Source of the DNA: Nitrospirota bacterium
Lineage (GTDB): Bacteria > Nitrospirota > Thermodesulfovibrionia > Thermodesulfovibrionales > UBA9159
Direction: 5' to 3'
DNA: 62,529 nucleotides
NCBI GenBank assembly: GCA_037441365.1
Contig: JBBISG010000005.1
Coordinates: 1-62,529, forward strand
The notes beneath the pieces were generated by a model. That model was not told the origin of the DNA. It saw only the letters and a program-made list of their open reading frames with translations, and searched no databases. Made by a program: the position numbers and the translations under genes. This document shows positions 47,866 through 58,963 of this stretch, piece after piece (position 1 is the first letter of the stretch; the number at the start of each line of letters is the position of its first letter).

Positions 47866-49347
47866 TCATCCTGCAAGTTCCTGTTCCAACCACCTCGTGG
47901 GAAGGATGAGTCGGAAGGTGCTTCCTCTTTCCACTTCGCTTTCAACAATAATGTCGCCTTTATGTTCCTCTACGATCTGTTTTACCAGTGGTAGACCCAT
48001 ACCTATTCTGTGCCTTTTTGTGCTGTAGAAGAGGCTGAATATCTTCGATATGTCTTCCTTTGGAATGCCTTTGCCGGTGTCGGTTACACTGATGATCACA
48101 CGATCCTGGTCAGAAGCTGTCAATATTGTTATCGTGCCCTCAGGAGGTGTTGCTTCTATTGCATTCTTAATCACATGGAGTATGGCAACTCGCAGGAGTT
48201 GTCTGTTTGCCACAAATCTCAGGGGGGATTCAGAGAGTTTTACAGAAAGGTTAATATTTTTTCCTCTCCTCTCGCTTTCAATCAAAGGTAGAACACTCTG
48301 GACTATCTCGTTCATATCCTCAACCCTGAACATGATCTGTCTGTTTTTCAGGATTGTCTCGTAATCCCTGACGATGGAATCGAGCTTCTGTGCTTCGATC
48401 AGCAGGTCTGTCATTCTCTCCTTAAGGGGTTCTGATATAGCCTCTTTTTTGAGGATGCGGTTGAATGTCCCTGCTATTGCTGTTACAGGATTCCTGACAC
48501 GGTCTGCCACGCTGAGGGCTATTAAGTTCAGCGTCCTCTCTGCACATATCGATTCCATATCGCGGTTCAGGTTCATAAGCTCGAGGTTTATTTCCTCGAT
48601 CCTCTTCCTATCAGAGTCTATCCGGTTGTAAAGCCCTGTAAAACGCATATCTATTATGAGAAAGATAATGCCGAATAGTAACGTGTAGATTCCGATGAAT
48701 ACTGCCACAACCTTTCTCGATGCAGCAAGGGGCATACCGATAGGTATATATACAAATTTAGCATCTACTAACTCACCGATCTTTCTATCAAAACCTGCTG
48801 TCGGGCCGTATCTCTCTACCAGTTCCTTGGGGGCCACAGCAGGGCTGCCGTGGCATGACAGACAATCAGCGGTGAAGGATTCGCCTGCCCTTGCAATCAC
48901 ATAATACTCTCCATCAGGTCTTGTCCTGAATCCCCGCCACTCCTTTAATTCCCTGTTCCCTATAAAGGTATCTATAATCCTTGACTCGAATTCATCGGCA
49001 GCATTAGCCGGATTTCTCGGACTTAATGATGCATTTTTATACACATAACCGGGCTGCTCTTTCTGAACCCTGCGGGCGATATCACCTGCCACATAAGACC
49101 TCGACATCCCCTCAAGGATGAATCTACCCGGCATCTCCTTGTACAGTGTTGGTCTAAGTTCCTCAGCAACATAGTGCTTTATGGCTTCTATTGTCGATAG
49201 ATGAAGCCTCCCTGCATCATAGGCATCTCTAACAGCATTGTCCTTCAAGATGATATAAGTGAGAGTGGATATAATCGGGAGGGATATGGCATAGATGGCG
49301 ATCAGCATCAGGCCAAATTTTCTTTTTGGACTGAGATTTTTAAACAT
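47866..49347 (-). CDS. Sensor kinase-like protein with periplasmic heme-c (DUF3365/Tll0287-like) domain
   Basis: Two TM helices, PRNPANAADEFE, CLSCH; HATPase motifs DTGKGI and GMGL; H-box reads ADRVRNP. ATG 49347 preferred. Confidence 0.85.
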   Translation of the reverse strand: MFKNLSPKRKFGLMLIAIYAISLPIISTLTYIILKDNAVRDAYDAGRLHLSTIEAIKHYVAEELRPTLYKEMPGRFILEGMSRSYVAGDIARRVQKEQPGYVYKNASLSPRNPANAADEFESRIIDTFIGNRELKEWRGFRTRPDGEYYVIARAGESFTADCLSCHGSPAVAPKELVERYGPTAGFDRKIGELVDAKFVYIPIGMPLAASRKVVAVFIGIYTLLFGIIFLIIDMRFTGLYNRIDSDRKRIEEINLELMNLNRDMESICAERTLNLIALSVADRVRNPVTAIAGTFNRILKKEAISEPLKERMTDLLIEAQKLDSIVRDYETILKNRQIMFRVEDMNEIVQSVLPLIESERRGKNINLSVKLSESPLRFVANRQLLRVAILHVIKNAIEATPPEGTITILTASDQDRVIISVTDTGKGIPKEDISKIFSLFYSTKRHRIGMGLPLVKQIVEEHKGDIIVESEVERGSTFRLILPTRWLEQELAG

Positions 49348-49355
49348 CTTATTTC

Positions 49356-50036
49356 CTATGTTACGCTGTCTTTCTGTTTCACCCTTTTCGCCTTCTTCCG
49401 TCTGTATTCTATGATATGCCATTTTCTGAGCATCCTCTCGATCTTATCCCTGTATGCCATGGCAATAAAGACCACTATTATCGCGATTCCCACGAGTATA
49501 GAGAATCTCCCATATTGATGGTGCCTTATGTAACTGCCGCCAAGGGTCAGGAGAATAGTGCCGAAGAGCCTTCCCGTGCCTCCGATTACGATGAATTCGG
49601 TGGTCGAGAGGTGTCCAAGGCCGAGGATATAACAGAGATAATCCTTGGGGAATCCTGGTATAAGAAATAAAAGGAAGATCAAGAATGCACCTTTATGATG
49701 GAGAAGGTAATCGAATCGTTTCAGTGTCTTTTTATCCACAATCCTATCCACAAAGGGTCTTCCGAATGCCCTTGAAAGGGCAAAGGCTATGTAAGAACCT
49801 GTTGTGAGACCTATGGTAGAGAGCACCACACCTAAAAGCGGGCCGTAAAGAAAACCACCAAGCAAACCTGTAACCTCCCCGGGTATGGGAGCTGCAACCA
49901 CCTGTATGGTCTGCAGGAGTATGAAACCTATGAATGACAACGGCCCCAGGGTATCGAGGAAATGGAGGAGGCGTTTTTTATCGAGAAAGAAACGGACTAA
50001 ACCAGTCTCATAGAGTATCAGTGTTAGGCCTCCCAC
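49356..50036 (-). CDS. TVP38/TMEM64 (DedA superfamily) membrane protein
   Basis: QVVAAPIPGE, LIPGFPKDYLCY; frame is open to about 50117, so the true start may be non-canonical (ATT 50099). Confidence 0.85.
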   Translation of the reverse strand: MGGLTLILYETGLVRFFLDKKRLLHFLDTLGPLSFIGFILLQTIQVVAAPIPGEVTGLLGGFLYGPLLGVVLSTIGLTTGSYIAFALSRAFGRPFVDRIVDKKTLKRFDYLLHHKGAFLIFLLFLIPGFPKDYLCYILGLGHLSTTEFIVIGGTGRLFGTILLTLGGSYIRHHQYGRFSILVGIAIIVVFIAMAYRDKIERMLRKWHIIEYRRKKAKRVKQKDSVT

Positions 50037-50187
50037 TACGAGCAGGAGTATTAAAGGCTTAATCCATATCCTATTTTTCGATCTTTCTTCTCTTTTAATC
50101 GCTTTATTACCTTTTACTTATCTGTTAGGGATTCACAGAGCCGTAGAGACCCCTCTGACCCTGTGTCCGTTTGGCCTGATACATAAA

Positions 50188-50958
50188 CTATTTTTTCTCA
50201 AGTCTCTCGATGAAGGGCTTGATCAGGTCTATTGGAACAGGGAAGATCGTTGTGGAGTTCTTCTCTGCCGCAACCTCAACCAGCGTCTGGAGATACCTCA
50301 GTTGCAAGGCCATAGGCTGAGACGCTATAATCTGTGCTGCCTCAGACAGCTTCTGGGCTGCCTGATACTCGCCCTCGGCATGTATCACCTTTGCCCTTCT
50401 CTCCCTCTCTGCCTCTGCCTGTTTTGCAATGGCACGTTGCATTTCTACAGGGAGGTCCACATTTTTTACTTCCACAGTAGTTACCTTTACCCCCCACGGC
50501 TCTGTCTGGAAGTCTATCACCTTCTGGAGTTCTGCATTGAGCTCATCCCTCTTTGTGAGTAGGTCATCAAGCTGACTCTGACCGAGTATCGACCTCAACG
50601 TGGTCTGTGCTATCATAGATGTGGCATAGAAAAAGTCTTCTACCGCTGTGATGGCCTTTATGGGATCAATGACCCTGAAATATACAACTGCATTGACCTT
50701 GACCGTAATGTTGTCCTTCGTGATTATGTCCTGGGTCGGGACATCGAATGTCACGGTTCGCAGGCTGACCCTGACGAGTTTGTCTATTATTGGCCAGATA
50801 ATGACAAGGCCAGGCCCTTTCACAGGGATAACCCTGCCAAGCCTGAAGACAACGCCCCTTTCGTATTCCTTCAGTATCTTGATGGCGCTGGACAGAAAGT
50901 AGATCACGAGAAAGATTACGAATAAGAAGCTCAAAAACGATGGTGCTAATCCTGGCAT
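50188..50958 (-). CDS. SPFH/stomatin (slipin) family protein
   Basis: [29 protein letters not shown]. Confidence 0.93.
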   Translation of the reverse strand: MPGLAPSFLSFLFVIFLVIYFLSSAIKILKEYERGVVFRLGRVIPVKGPGLVIIWPIIDKLVRVSLRTVTFDVPTQDIITKDNITVKVNAVVYFRVIDPIKAITAVEDFFYATSMIAQTTLRSILGQSQLDDLLTKRDELNAELQKVIDFQTEPWGVKVTTVEVKNVDLPVEMQRAIAKQAEAERERRAKVIHAEGEYQAAQKLSEAAQIIASQPMALQLRYLQTLVEVAAEKNSTTIFPVPIDLIKPFIERLEKK

Positions 50959-50959
50959 A

Positions 50960-52258
50960 TCAACCTCCTTCTAATTTACGGACCTTGATTTTTAATCCCG
51001 AAACACCCTCAACTACCACCTTGTTTCCCTTTGCGATCATTTCGTCAGAGTAGGCTGACCATAACTCTCCATGGAGAGATACCATGCCTCCGTCCGTTGT
51101 TATATCTGTCCTTGCAATTCCCTCCATGCCGAGGAGCTCTTCCTTTCCTGTAACAGGCTTTCTCCTGTAGGCCTTCAATGCAAGGCCGATGGTGAGGGTG
51201 AAGAATAGCGCGGTGATTATCACAGCGGGCAGTATCAGGTAAAGTGATAATTTTACGAATGGCCCTGGCGATTCAAACAGCATAAGAGAGCCTATAACCA
51301 TCGCTATTACCCCACCTATGGTCAGGACTCCATGGGAAACGACCTTTACCTCCAGTATAAAGAGTATGATTGCAAGGATGATGAGGAGCAACCCTGCATA
51401 ATTGACGGGTAGCGTCTGAAAGGCATAGAAGGCAAGGATCAGGCAGATCCCGCCGAGGACGCCGGGAAAGATTGCCCCTGGGTTTGTCAGTTCAAAGAAG
51501 AGACCGTAAAACCCGAGAAGCATCAGTATATATGCCACATTCGGATCGCTTATGAGATTGAGCACCTTCTGCCTCAATCCCATCTCTTCCCTTACGATGG
51601 TTGCTCCCCTTGTCCTCAGGACCCTCTCTGCAAATGCGGTCTGGACCTTTCTGCCATCAATATCTGCAAGGAGTGAGTTTATATCGTTTGAAATGAGGTC
51701 TATCACATGCCCTTTCAATGCCTCGGTTTCGGTAGCAGATATGCTTTTTCTAACAGCATTCTCTGCCCATCCTGCATTCCTTCCGCGCCTCTCTGCAAGG
51801 GATTTTATATAGGCAGCCGCATCGTTTGTCGCCTTCTCTGCCATGGTCTTATCCATTTTCTCTCCGATAGTCACAGGGTGCGCAGCACCGATATTTGTTC
51901 CCGGCGCCATGGCTGCTATGTGCGCCGCAAGGGTGATGAACACCCCTGCAGATGCTGCCCTCGCTCCGCTCGGGGCAACATAGACCACCACTGGAACCTC
52001 GCTGCCAACAATATCCTTGACAGCACTCCTCATAGATGTATCAAGGCCCCCCGGTGTATCAAGTTCTATAATCAGTGCCTCTGCGTTTATCTTCTGGGCC
52101 TTTCTTATGCCCTTCCCTATGTATTCTGCCGAGACAGGATTGATTATCCCGTTTACAGTTATGACCACCACCTCCTTCCGGGTTTCCTTTGAAGATAGAG
52201 GCGGTATAAAGGATGTTAAAAGAAAGATGAATATCAATGGTGCAAGACTTCGATACAT
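50960..52258 (-). CDS. nfeD: NfeD family membrane-bound serine protease
   Basis: LDTPGG, AASAG, GAAHP, C-terminal GELWSA OB fold. Confidence 0.93.
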   Translation of the reverse strand: MYRSLAPLIFIFLLTSFIPPLSSKETRKEVVVITVNGIINPVSAEYIGKGIRKAQKINAEALIIELDTPGGLDTSMRSAVKDIVGSEVPVVVYVAPSGARAASAGVFITLAAHIAAMAPGTNIGAAHPVTIGEKMDKTMAEKATNDAAAYIKSLAERRGRNAGWAENAVRKSISATETEALKGHVIDLISNDINSLLADIDGRKVQTAFAERVLRTRGATIVREEMGLRQKVLNLISDPNVAYILMLLGFYGLFFELTNPGAIFPGVLGGICLILAFYAFQTLPVNYAGLLLIILAIILFILEVKVVSHGVLTIGGVIAMVIGSLMLFESPGPFVKLSLYLILPAVIITALFFTLTIGLALKAYRRKPVTGKEELLGMEGIARTDITTDGGMVSLHGELWSAYSDEMIAKGNKVVVEGVSGLKIKVRKLEGG

Positions 52259-52280
52259 TGTTTAACATTATAACATAAAA

Positions 52281-53201
52281 CTATGACTTCCTTCTGTCCA
52301 TCTTGTAGCAACTCCCTTTGAATTTTTTGGCATATCTCTTCATCTCTGTTGCTATCTCGCTCGCCTGGCCATAATGAGAAAACCCCCTATATTTATTATG
52401 GGCAACCCCGATGGAAAGCGTAAGCAAAGGGAATCTTTTTTTGTTGCCCTCCCTGTCTATCGACTCTATAAAGCCCCTTTCTCTATCGCCTGAATCGTAA
52501 AAACTCGGAATTATGTCGTCAAAATTTGCCATCAGTTCTTTGCATACGGCCTCTGCGCTGTCTGCAGAAACAATGAAAACAAAATCATCACCACCGATAT
52601 GTCCCACAAAACCATCAGCTGGGGATAATATCTTTATGATATTGGTAATAAGTCTGCCGGTCATCCTTATCACTTCATCACCCCTCGAAAAACCATAGCT
52701 ATCATTAAATGGTTTAAAATAGTCAATATCCGTGTATGCAAGGGCAAAGACAGAGTTAGAGTCGATTCTCCGCTGTATCTCCTTGATGATTGTCACATTG
52801 CCGGGCAGCATTGTTAATGGATTAATCTCGAGGGCCTTCTTTGCACGGGTTATGCACAGGTCTATCCTGAATGCCAGATCACTGCTGTCAAAAGGGGTTT
52901 TGATGTAGTCATCGATGACTGTATCGAGATGAAATTCCTTCAGGACTTCTGTATCATCAATGACAGCCATGACAGGTAGATGACCGAATAATGGGTCAGA
53001 CTTTATGGCGGATGTTATCTTTGCAGCATCTTCACTAATAACATCAGCACTGAGCACGATCAGGTCAGGGGTTGTGGTGAAACAAAAATCGAACAGGTGA
53101 TTGACCCTGTCCAGACTGACTGTACCGTACCTATCCATGAGGCTATCAGCGATCTTCATCCTCATGGTGCTGTCGTTGCTGATCAACAGGATTGTCTTCA
53201 T
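52281..53201 (-). CDS. Pseudo-receiver-GGDEF diguanylate cyclase
   Basis: DIDYFKPFND, GGDDF; receiver domain lacks the acidic pocket and phospho-Asp (ISND, LIVLS). Confidence 0.85.
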   Translation of the reverse strand: MKTILLISNDSTMRMKIADSLMDRYGTVSLDRVNHLFDFCFTTTPDLIVLSADVISEDAAKITSAIKSDPLFGHLPVMAVIDDTEVLKEFHLDTVIDDYIKTPFDSSDLAFRIDLCITRAKKALEINPLTMLPGNVTIIKEIQRRIDSNSVFALAYTDIDYFKPFNDSYGFSRGDEVIRMTGRLITNIIKILSPADGFVGHIGGDDFVFIVSADSAEAVCKELMANFDDIIPSFYDSGDRERGFIESIDREGNKKRFPLLTLSIGVAHNKYRGFSHYGQASEIATEMKRYAKKFKGSCYKMDRRKS

Positions 53202-54028
53202 CAGACGATGATTTCTTCTGCCTCCTGAACGGCGTCCTCTATTACCATAAGTGTATCCCTGATGTCAGATTCTGATAAGGATAAACAATCCCAGACCCTA
53301 TTATTTACTCGGGGAACGAGATCGTCGCCTGCAAAGCCGACGCCCCTTGCCCTCACAAGGATGTCTGATAGATGCACTACTGCTGTCTGGATCGGTGCAT
53401 GTTTTGCAAGATTCGGCCTGTGGTGATAGGCGATGGGTTCAAGCAGCGTCTTCGGGAAATTCCATTTCTGGGCAAGCCATCCACCTGCTTCAGCGTGGCT
53501 TACAGTGAATATCCTTTCTTCGGAATTCCTTATCGGTACCCCTTCCTTTTCAGCAATAGAGAGGGCTGATTCATATTTCTCAACAAATCTTATCTTCAGG
53601 GCAACCTTTCCTATGTCGTGAAGAAGGGCAGATACCATTACCTCTTCAGGCTCACCAAGACCCTTTTTATTCGCAATTGTCCTTGCTGCCATGGCTGCAC
53701 AGATGGAATGCTCCCACAATCCAACCATCGTTTTCTCCATCATCTCAAATACAGATACACCGAGCAGCATACCCTTTACAACACTAAGACCGAGGAGTAT
53801 TAATGCCTGTGACACTGATGATATCCTTCCGGGGAAACCATAGAATGGCGAGTTTACCATCTTTAAAAGTCTTGCTGTAAGGGCCTGGTCTTTGGATACA
53901 AAACCACCTATCTCACTGAGTGAGAGTTTAGGCGAGTCGATGGTCCCGAGCAATTTTCTAACAACAGGCGGTATTGTTGGAAGGCTGTCAAGCTGCTCGA
54001 TCTGGCTCCGAATCTGATGGATGTCCAT
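53201..54028 (-). CDS. HDOD domain protein
   Basis: LPTIP, DQALTARLLKMVNS, LLHDIGK, HAEAG. Confidence 0.92.
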   Translation of the reverse strand: MDIHQIRSQIEQLDSLPTIPPVVRKLLGTIDSPKLSLSEIGGFVSKDQALTARLLKMVNSPFYGFPGRISSVSQALILLGLSVVKGMLLGVSVFEMMEKTMVGLWEHSICAAMAARTIANKKGLGEPEEVMVSALLHDIGKVALKIRFVEKYESALSIAEKEGVPIRNSEERIFTVSHAEAGGWLAQKWNFPKTLLEPIAYHHRPNLAKHAPIQTAVVHLSDILVRARGVGFAGDDLVPRVNNRVWDCLSLSESDIRDTLMVIEDAVQEAEEIIV

Positions 54029-54031
54029 TCC

Positions 54032-54328
54032 TTATCCGTATAGCGACTGAATATGCTCTTTCAGCAGCCTTTTTAAGGTCTCCATGTGGGGTTCTCCTTC
54101 TGACCCTCTAAATCTCGCATCCAGCATGGATAATTCATCCTCCAGAGGCCTCTTCGGGACAGAGGCGCCCTCTATATAGACGGGGCCGAGATTCATAGAC
54201 CTCATCCTCTCGATCATCTGTTCGGTGACAGTAGCACCCTCACCAAACAGGGTGATGCCTGCTTCATTCAGGATGGCCTTTGCAAGTCTCATTCCAGGCT
54301 GGACAGAGTCTAAAGAAACCCTTCTCAA
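54032..54328 (-). CDS. Hypothetical protein resembling the N-terminal domain of HD-GYP proteins
   Basis: VQPGMRLAK...G..L...G; TTG start after GGGAG. Confidence 0.65.
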   Translation of the reverse strand: MRRVSLDSVQPGMRLAKAILNEAGITLFGEGATVTEQMIERMRSMNLGPVYIEGASVPKRPLEDELSMLDARFRGSEGEPHMETLKRLLKEHIQSLYG

Positions 54329-54413
54329 TTGTTCTCCCTTGTGGTAGATATACCTTTATCAGAAGGCTGCCTATAAAATCCTCTTCCATTATAAGGTTTT
54401 CAGATGAGAAACA

Positions 54414-54486
54414 TCAAGACCTCGAATTGCCTCATCAAAAATCTTTACGAAACTGAATCATAGCCTCATTTAAAAATCTTTATGAA
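54414..54486 (-). repeat. 73-bp repeat, copy B (inverted relative to copy A)
   Basis: 70/73 identity to the reverse complement of 33559-33631. Confidence 0.9.
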
Positions 54487-54560
54487 GGACAATCACAATA
54501 CTTCAGGATAAACCTGTAAGATTGGCAACCTCAAAAACAAAAGTAAACAAAGACAGAGAT

Positions 54561-54622
54561 TTCGTATATAATTTTTGTGAGGCAACCACTGATCATTTTA
54601 TAAAGATTTTTACGTGAGGCAA
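54561..54622 (+). repeat. Two further degenerate units of the same ~25-bp motif, opposite orientation to copy B
   Basis: TTCGTATATAATTTTTGTGAGGCAA and TTTATAAAGATTTTTACGTGAGGCAA. Confidence 0.75.
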
Positions 54623-54742
54623 CGGGTACCTCATTCCACAAAGAATCATAAGGGACCGTCTGTTTGAATTCTTCTATAACAGGAGATGGCCGATAGTTTA
54701 TAATATAGGCAGGTATTCCAAAAAGTGTTATTATAATCTAAT

Positions 54743-55351
54743 ATGGTTCAAGATATAATCCTTTGGCTTGTACAAACAGTCGGAGAACTCGGCTATCCAG
54801 GCATCTTTGTGATGATGGCGCTTGAAAGCACCTTTATGCCTATACCGAGCGAGGCCGTAATGATACCTGCAGGCTATCTTATTCAAAGAGGGGTTATGAA
54901 TTTTCCTCTGAGCCTGTTATGCGGCGTAACAGGAAGCGTAGCAGGCGCTTATCTCAATTATTATATTGCATTGCGGCTCGGCAGGCCGTTTCTGCTGAGA
55001 TACGGTAAATATGCTGGCATATCAAGGGAGAGGTTCTTGAAGGTCGACGAATACTTCCACAGACACGGCGAGATAACGATATTCATCGGCAGGCTCATCC
55101 CTGTTGTAAGGCATATCATCTCTTTTCCTGCAGGCATTGGCAGGATGAATCACCTCAGATTTACAGCATACACCGCCTTTGGTGCTGCCTTATGGGTCAC
55201 CATTCTTCTTGGACTGGGCTACCTGATAGGAGAAAATGAGGGCCTTATAAGGGAGTATCTCTCACATATAACGATCTATCTCATAGTCTTCTCAGCGGCG
55301 CTGGCAGCTGTTTACATATACCTCAAAAAGAGGTATCTCCAGGCCCGATGA
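54743..55351 (+). CDS. DedA family protein
   Basis: MALESTFMPIPSE, GRLIPVVRH. Confidence 0.92.
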   Translation: MVQDIILWLVQTVGELGYPGIFVMMALESTFMPIPSEAVMIPAGYLIQRGVMNFPLSLLCGVTGSVAGAYLNYYIALRLGRPFLLRYGKYAGISRERFLKVDEYFHRHGEITIFIGRLIPVVRHIISFPAGIGRMNHLRFTAYTAFGAALWVTILLGLGYLIGENEGLIREYLSHITIYLIVFSAALAAVYIYLKKRYLQAR

Positions 55352-55398
55352 TGGGGTTTTAATACATGGGCTGGCAGAAGGCGTGAGAAGGTTGCATC

Positions 55399-56280
55399 AT
55401 GGATGAGTACGTTGAAAGATTTCTGCGCTATATCGAGACCGAAAGGGGCGCCTCGAGACACACTGTCAGGGCCTATAGAAAAGACCTTGAGACATTTTTT
55501 AAATGCATTAGCTCCAGGGCCGAGGCCGTGGAATCGACGGATGTCCGTGGTTTTATTGCAGGACAGATAGGCAGCGGTCTCAGAAAGAGCACTGTCAGCA
55601 GGAGGCTGGCAACGGTCAGGTCATTCTTCAGATTTCTCCGCAGGGAAGGATATGTGAAGGCTAACCCTGCAAGGCTCGTTAACACGCCTAAATTGCCAAG
55701 ATTGCTCCCGAAATTTTTGAGTGTCGATGAAGTCTTTTCCCTTGTGGAGAAGCCAGAGGGCATAGGCTTTCTGGTTGTAAGGGATAGGGCGATACTTGAG
55801 CTTCTCTATGCAAGCGGTCTGAGGGTGAGCGAGCTGTCAGGACTGAATATCGATGACCTGAATATGAATGAGGGTCTGGTCAAGGCAAGGGGTAAGGGTA
55901 AGAAGGAGCGGATTGTGCCTGTCGGGAAAAAGGCGATAGATGCGCTCAAGGCTTATTTGATTGAAAGGGTCCTTTTACAGAAAAAGGATAGGGCGCTTTT
56001 CCTTAATCGCAATGGCGGGAGATTGACAGACCGGGGCATAAGGCGTATAGTAGTAAAGTATGCAAGGGCGATGCTGCTCGATAGTAAGATAGGGCCTCAC
56101 ACCCTCAGGCATACATTTGCAACCCATCTCCTTCAGGGAGGTGCGGATTTAAGAGTAATCCAGGAACTCCTGGGACACTCATCACTTTCAACAACCCAGA
56201 GGTACACCCATCTGGATGTAACGCATTTGATGGACATATATGACAAGGCGCATCCCCTCGCAAAAGACAGGAAGGAATAA
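55399..56280 (+). CDS. xerC: Tyrosine recombinase XerC
   Basis: SGLRVSE, KGKKER, HTLRH, LLGH, TQRY; upstream of hslVU. Confidence 0.9.
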   Translation: MDEYVERFLRYIETERGASRHTVRAYRKDLETFFKCISSRAEAVESTDVRGFIAGQIGSGLRKSTVSRRLATVRSFFRFLRREGYVKANPARLVNTPKLPRLLPKFLSVDEVFSLVEKPEGIGFLVVRDRAILELLYASGLRVSELSGLNIDDLNMNEGLVKARGKGKKERIVPVGKKAIDALKAYLIERVLLQKKDRALFLNRNGGRLTDRGIRRIVVKYARAMLLDSKIGPHTLRHTFATHLLQGGADLRVIQELLGHSSLSTTQRYTHLDVTHLMDIYDKAHPLAKDRKE

Positions 56281-56306
56281 TGCGAGGTGAAGAAGGAGAC
56301 GAGTTG

Positions 56307-56834
56307 ATGTTTAGAGGGACGACGATCCTGTGTGTCAGACGGAACGGGAAGGTGGCTATTGCAGGTGACGGCCAGGTGACCTTCGGCAATACGGTTCTCA
56401 AACAAAATGCGAGAAAGATAAGGAGGATGTTCAATGAGAGGGTCATTGCAGGCTTCTCAGGTGCCACTGCCGATGCCTTTACCCTTTTTGAAAAATTCGA
56501 GGGAAAGCTCGAATCTTACAGGGGTAATATGACAAGGGCCGCTGTTGAGCTTGCAAAGGACTGGAGGACCGATAAGATACTGAGAAGGCTTGAGGCCTTA
56601 CTGTTGATTGCTGATGCTGAACATACATTTATAATCTCAGGAAGCGGCGATGTCATAGAGCCCGAAGGTGGTGTTGCAGCCATCGGTTCGGGGGGGCCTT
56701 ATGCACAGGCTGCGGCGACAGCACTCTATGAAAACACAGACCTATCAGCAAGGGAGATAGTGGAGAAGGCCATGCAGATAGCTGCATCTATATGCATATA
56801 TACAAATAAGATTCTGACAGTAGAGGAGCTATGA
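56307..56834 (+). CDS. hslV: ATP-dependent protease subunit HslV
   Basis: GTTIL N-terminal nucleophile, GDGQVT, AIGSGG; AGGAG RBS before ATG 56307. Confidence 0.96.
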   Translation: MFRGTTILCVRRNGKVAIAGDGQVTFGNTVLKQNARKIRRMFNERVIAGFSGATADAFTLFEKFEGKLESYRGNMTRAAVELAKDWRTDKILRRLEALLLIADAEHTFIISGSGDVIEPEGGVAAIGSGGPYAQAAATALYENTDLSAREIVEKAMQIAASICIYTNKILTVEEL

Positions 56835-56862
56835 AGGATTCAAGAAACGGAGGCCTGAATTG

Positions 56863-58200
56863 ATGGATGATTTAACACCGAGGAAAATAGTGGAGGAGCT
56901 TGACCGTTACATAATAGGGCAGAACAGGGCTAAAAAGGCGGTTGCGATTGCCCTGAGGAATAGATGGAGACGCCAGAGGCTATCGCCGGATATAAGGGAT
57001 GAGGTCTTGCCAAAGAATATCATCATGATAGGGCCCACAGGTGTTGGTAAGACCGAGATTGCCAGAAGGCTCGCAAGGCTTGCCAATGCGCCATTTCTAA
57101 AGGTCGAGGCATCAAAGTTCACAGAGGTCGGTTACGTAGGCAGGGATGTAGAGTCGATGATAAGAGACATTACAGAGATATCGGTCAATATGGTCAAGAC
57201 AGAACATATAGAGAAGGTCCAGGAGAAGGCCAAGGCACTGGCTGAAGATAGACTCCTTGATTACCTCCTTCCACAGCCACGCCAGGTCAGGGGTGCTGAT
57301 ATGGAAGATGAAAGAGAGAGGTACAGGCAGACAAGGGAAAGACTGAGACAGCAGCTTCACGAGGGCAAACTCAATTCGAGATATGTAGATATCGAGGTGA
57401 GAGAAAAGGCCATGCCCTTTGGTATCGTCTCGAATGTTGGACTTGAAGAGCTCGAGATAAACCTCAAGGAGATGCTCGGCAACTTCCTCCCTGAGAAGTC
57501 GAAGAGAAAGAAGGTTAAGGTTCCAGAGGCATTAACAATCATCACCCAGGAAGAGGCAAACAAACTCATAGACATGGACAAGGTCACAAAGGAGGCCGTC
57601 GAGAGGGTAGAACAGACAGGGATTGTCTTTATAGATGAGATAGACAAGGTAGCAAGCAGGGGTGCTACCTATGGCCCCGATGTCTCGAGAGAAGGAGTGC
57701 AGAGAGACCTCCTGCCTATTGTTGAGGGCTCTACGGTCTCGACAAAGTATGGGCCTGTAAGAACAGACCACATCCTTTTTATTGCAGCAGGCGCCTTTCA
57801 CATGACCAAACCGTCTGACCTTATACCCGAGCTGCAGGGCAGGTTCCCGATAAGGGTCGAGCTCGACCCGCTCGGTAAGGACGATTTTGTGCGCATCCTT
57901 AAAGAGCCGTACAATGCCCTCACGAAACAGTACATAGCCCTTATGGCAACAGAAGATATAACCCTTGAATTCACCGAGGATGCCATTGAGGAGATAGCAG
58001 ACATCGCAGCGACAGTGAATGAAAGGACAGAGAATATAGGTGCAAGAAGGCTGCATACAGTTTTAGAAAGACTGCTTGAGGATATCTCCTTCGAGGCACC
58101 TGAGAGGCGAAACGGGAGACTCGTCATTGATAAGGATTATGTGAAGATCAAACTCACCGATATAGTCAAGGACGAGGACCTCAGCAGATATATCCTTTAG
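56863..58200 (+). CDS. hslU: ATP-dependent protease ATPase subunit HslU
   Basis: [28 protein letters not shown]. Confidence 0.97.
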   Translation: MDDLTPRKIVEELDRYIIGQNRAKKAVAIALRNRWRRQRLSPDIRDEVLPKNIIMIGPTGVGKTEIARRLARLANAPFLKVEASKFTEVGYVGRDVESMIRDITEISVNMVKTEHIEKVQEKAKALAEDRLLDYLLPQPRQVRGADMEDERERYRQTRERLRQQLHEGKLNSRYVDIEVREKAMPFGIVSNVGLEELEINLKEMLGNFLPEKSKRKKVKVPEALTIITQEEANKLIDMDKVTKEAVERVEQTGIVFIDEIDKVASRGATYGPDVSREGVQRDLLPIVEGSTVSTKYGPVRTDHILFIAAGAFHMTKPSDLIPELQGRFPIRVELDPLGKDDFVRILKEPYNALTKQYIALMATEDITLEFTEDAIEEIADIAATVNERTENIGARRLHTVLERLLEDISFEAPERRNGRLVIDKDYVKIKLTDIVKDEDLSRYIL

Positions 58201-58228
58201 CAATGGTAACAATTTACAGGCGCCGGGT

Positions 58229-58918
58229 ATGATACCAACGACCAGGCCTTTCAGGTTTTTATTAGAGACTCTTGCCCGCTCCCTTTTGCCTGTAACATTT
58301 CTTGCCATCGCCTCCTGCGCCACTGTCCACCGTGAAACATATCCAGAATCAAGCTATGCGGTTGCGTCATGGTATGGCCCAGAATTCCACGGCAGACTTA
58401 CGGCATCGGGAGAGAGATTCGATATGCATGCACTGACCTGCGCTCACAGGGAACTCCCATTCGGCACCATGTTGAAGGTGACGAGCATCTCCAGCGGCAG
58501 GTCTGTCAGGTGCATTGTCAATGACAGGGGGCCCTTTGTATCAGGAAGGGACATTGACCTCTCTTATGCTGCTGCAAAGGAGATCGGCCTGATCGGCCCC
58601 GGCACTGTAAGTGTGAGGATAGAATATCTCGGGCGTGATGTGAGTTATATAAAGGAGGTCAGATATATCTCATCAAAGGGCCCATATACGATACAGATCG
58701 GCTCCTTCAGAGAGATCGACAATGCGAGACACCTCAGGTCGAGCCTCGAGCTGAAATACAGAGGGGTATATATGATAGAGACGGTGATTAACGGCGTCAC
58801 TTATTACAGGGTGAGGATAGGCAAATTCCTGAAGATGGAGGATGCCCATCGCCTCGCAAACACCGTTGCTGAGGAGGGATACAGTCCCTTAATAATGCAT
58901 TACGATGAGCAGGCATGA
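58229..58918 (+). CDS. rlpA: Septal ring lytic transglycosylase RlpA lipoprotein with SPOR domain
   Basis: Lipobox IASC, ASWYG, TASGE, NDRGPF, IQIGSF SPOR. Confidence 0.92.
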   Translation: MIPTTRPFRFLLETLARSLLPVTFLAIASCATVHRETYPESSYAVASWYGPEFHGRLTASGERFDMHALTCAHRELPFGTMLKVTSISSGRSVRCIVNDRGPFVSGRDIDLSYAAAKEIGLIGPGTVSVRIEYLGRDVSYIKEVRYISSKGPYTIQIGSFREIDNARHLRSSLELKYRGVYMIETVINGVTYYRVRIGKFLKMEDAHRLANTVAEEGYSPLIMHYDEQA

Positions 58919-58963
58919 GACCATCTTTCCCATCAGCACATATCATTTATGTTAAATTAAATT

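Noticed and set aside
55399-56280. Tyrosine recombinase as an island integrase
   Set aside because: Its size, motifs and xerC-hslV-hslU synteny indicate housekeeping XerC; no tRNA or att site was seen.
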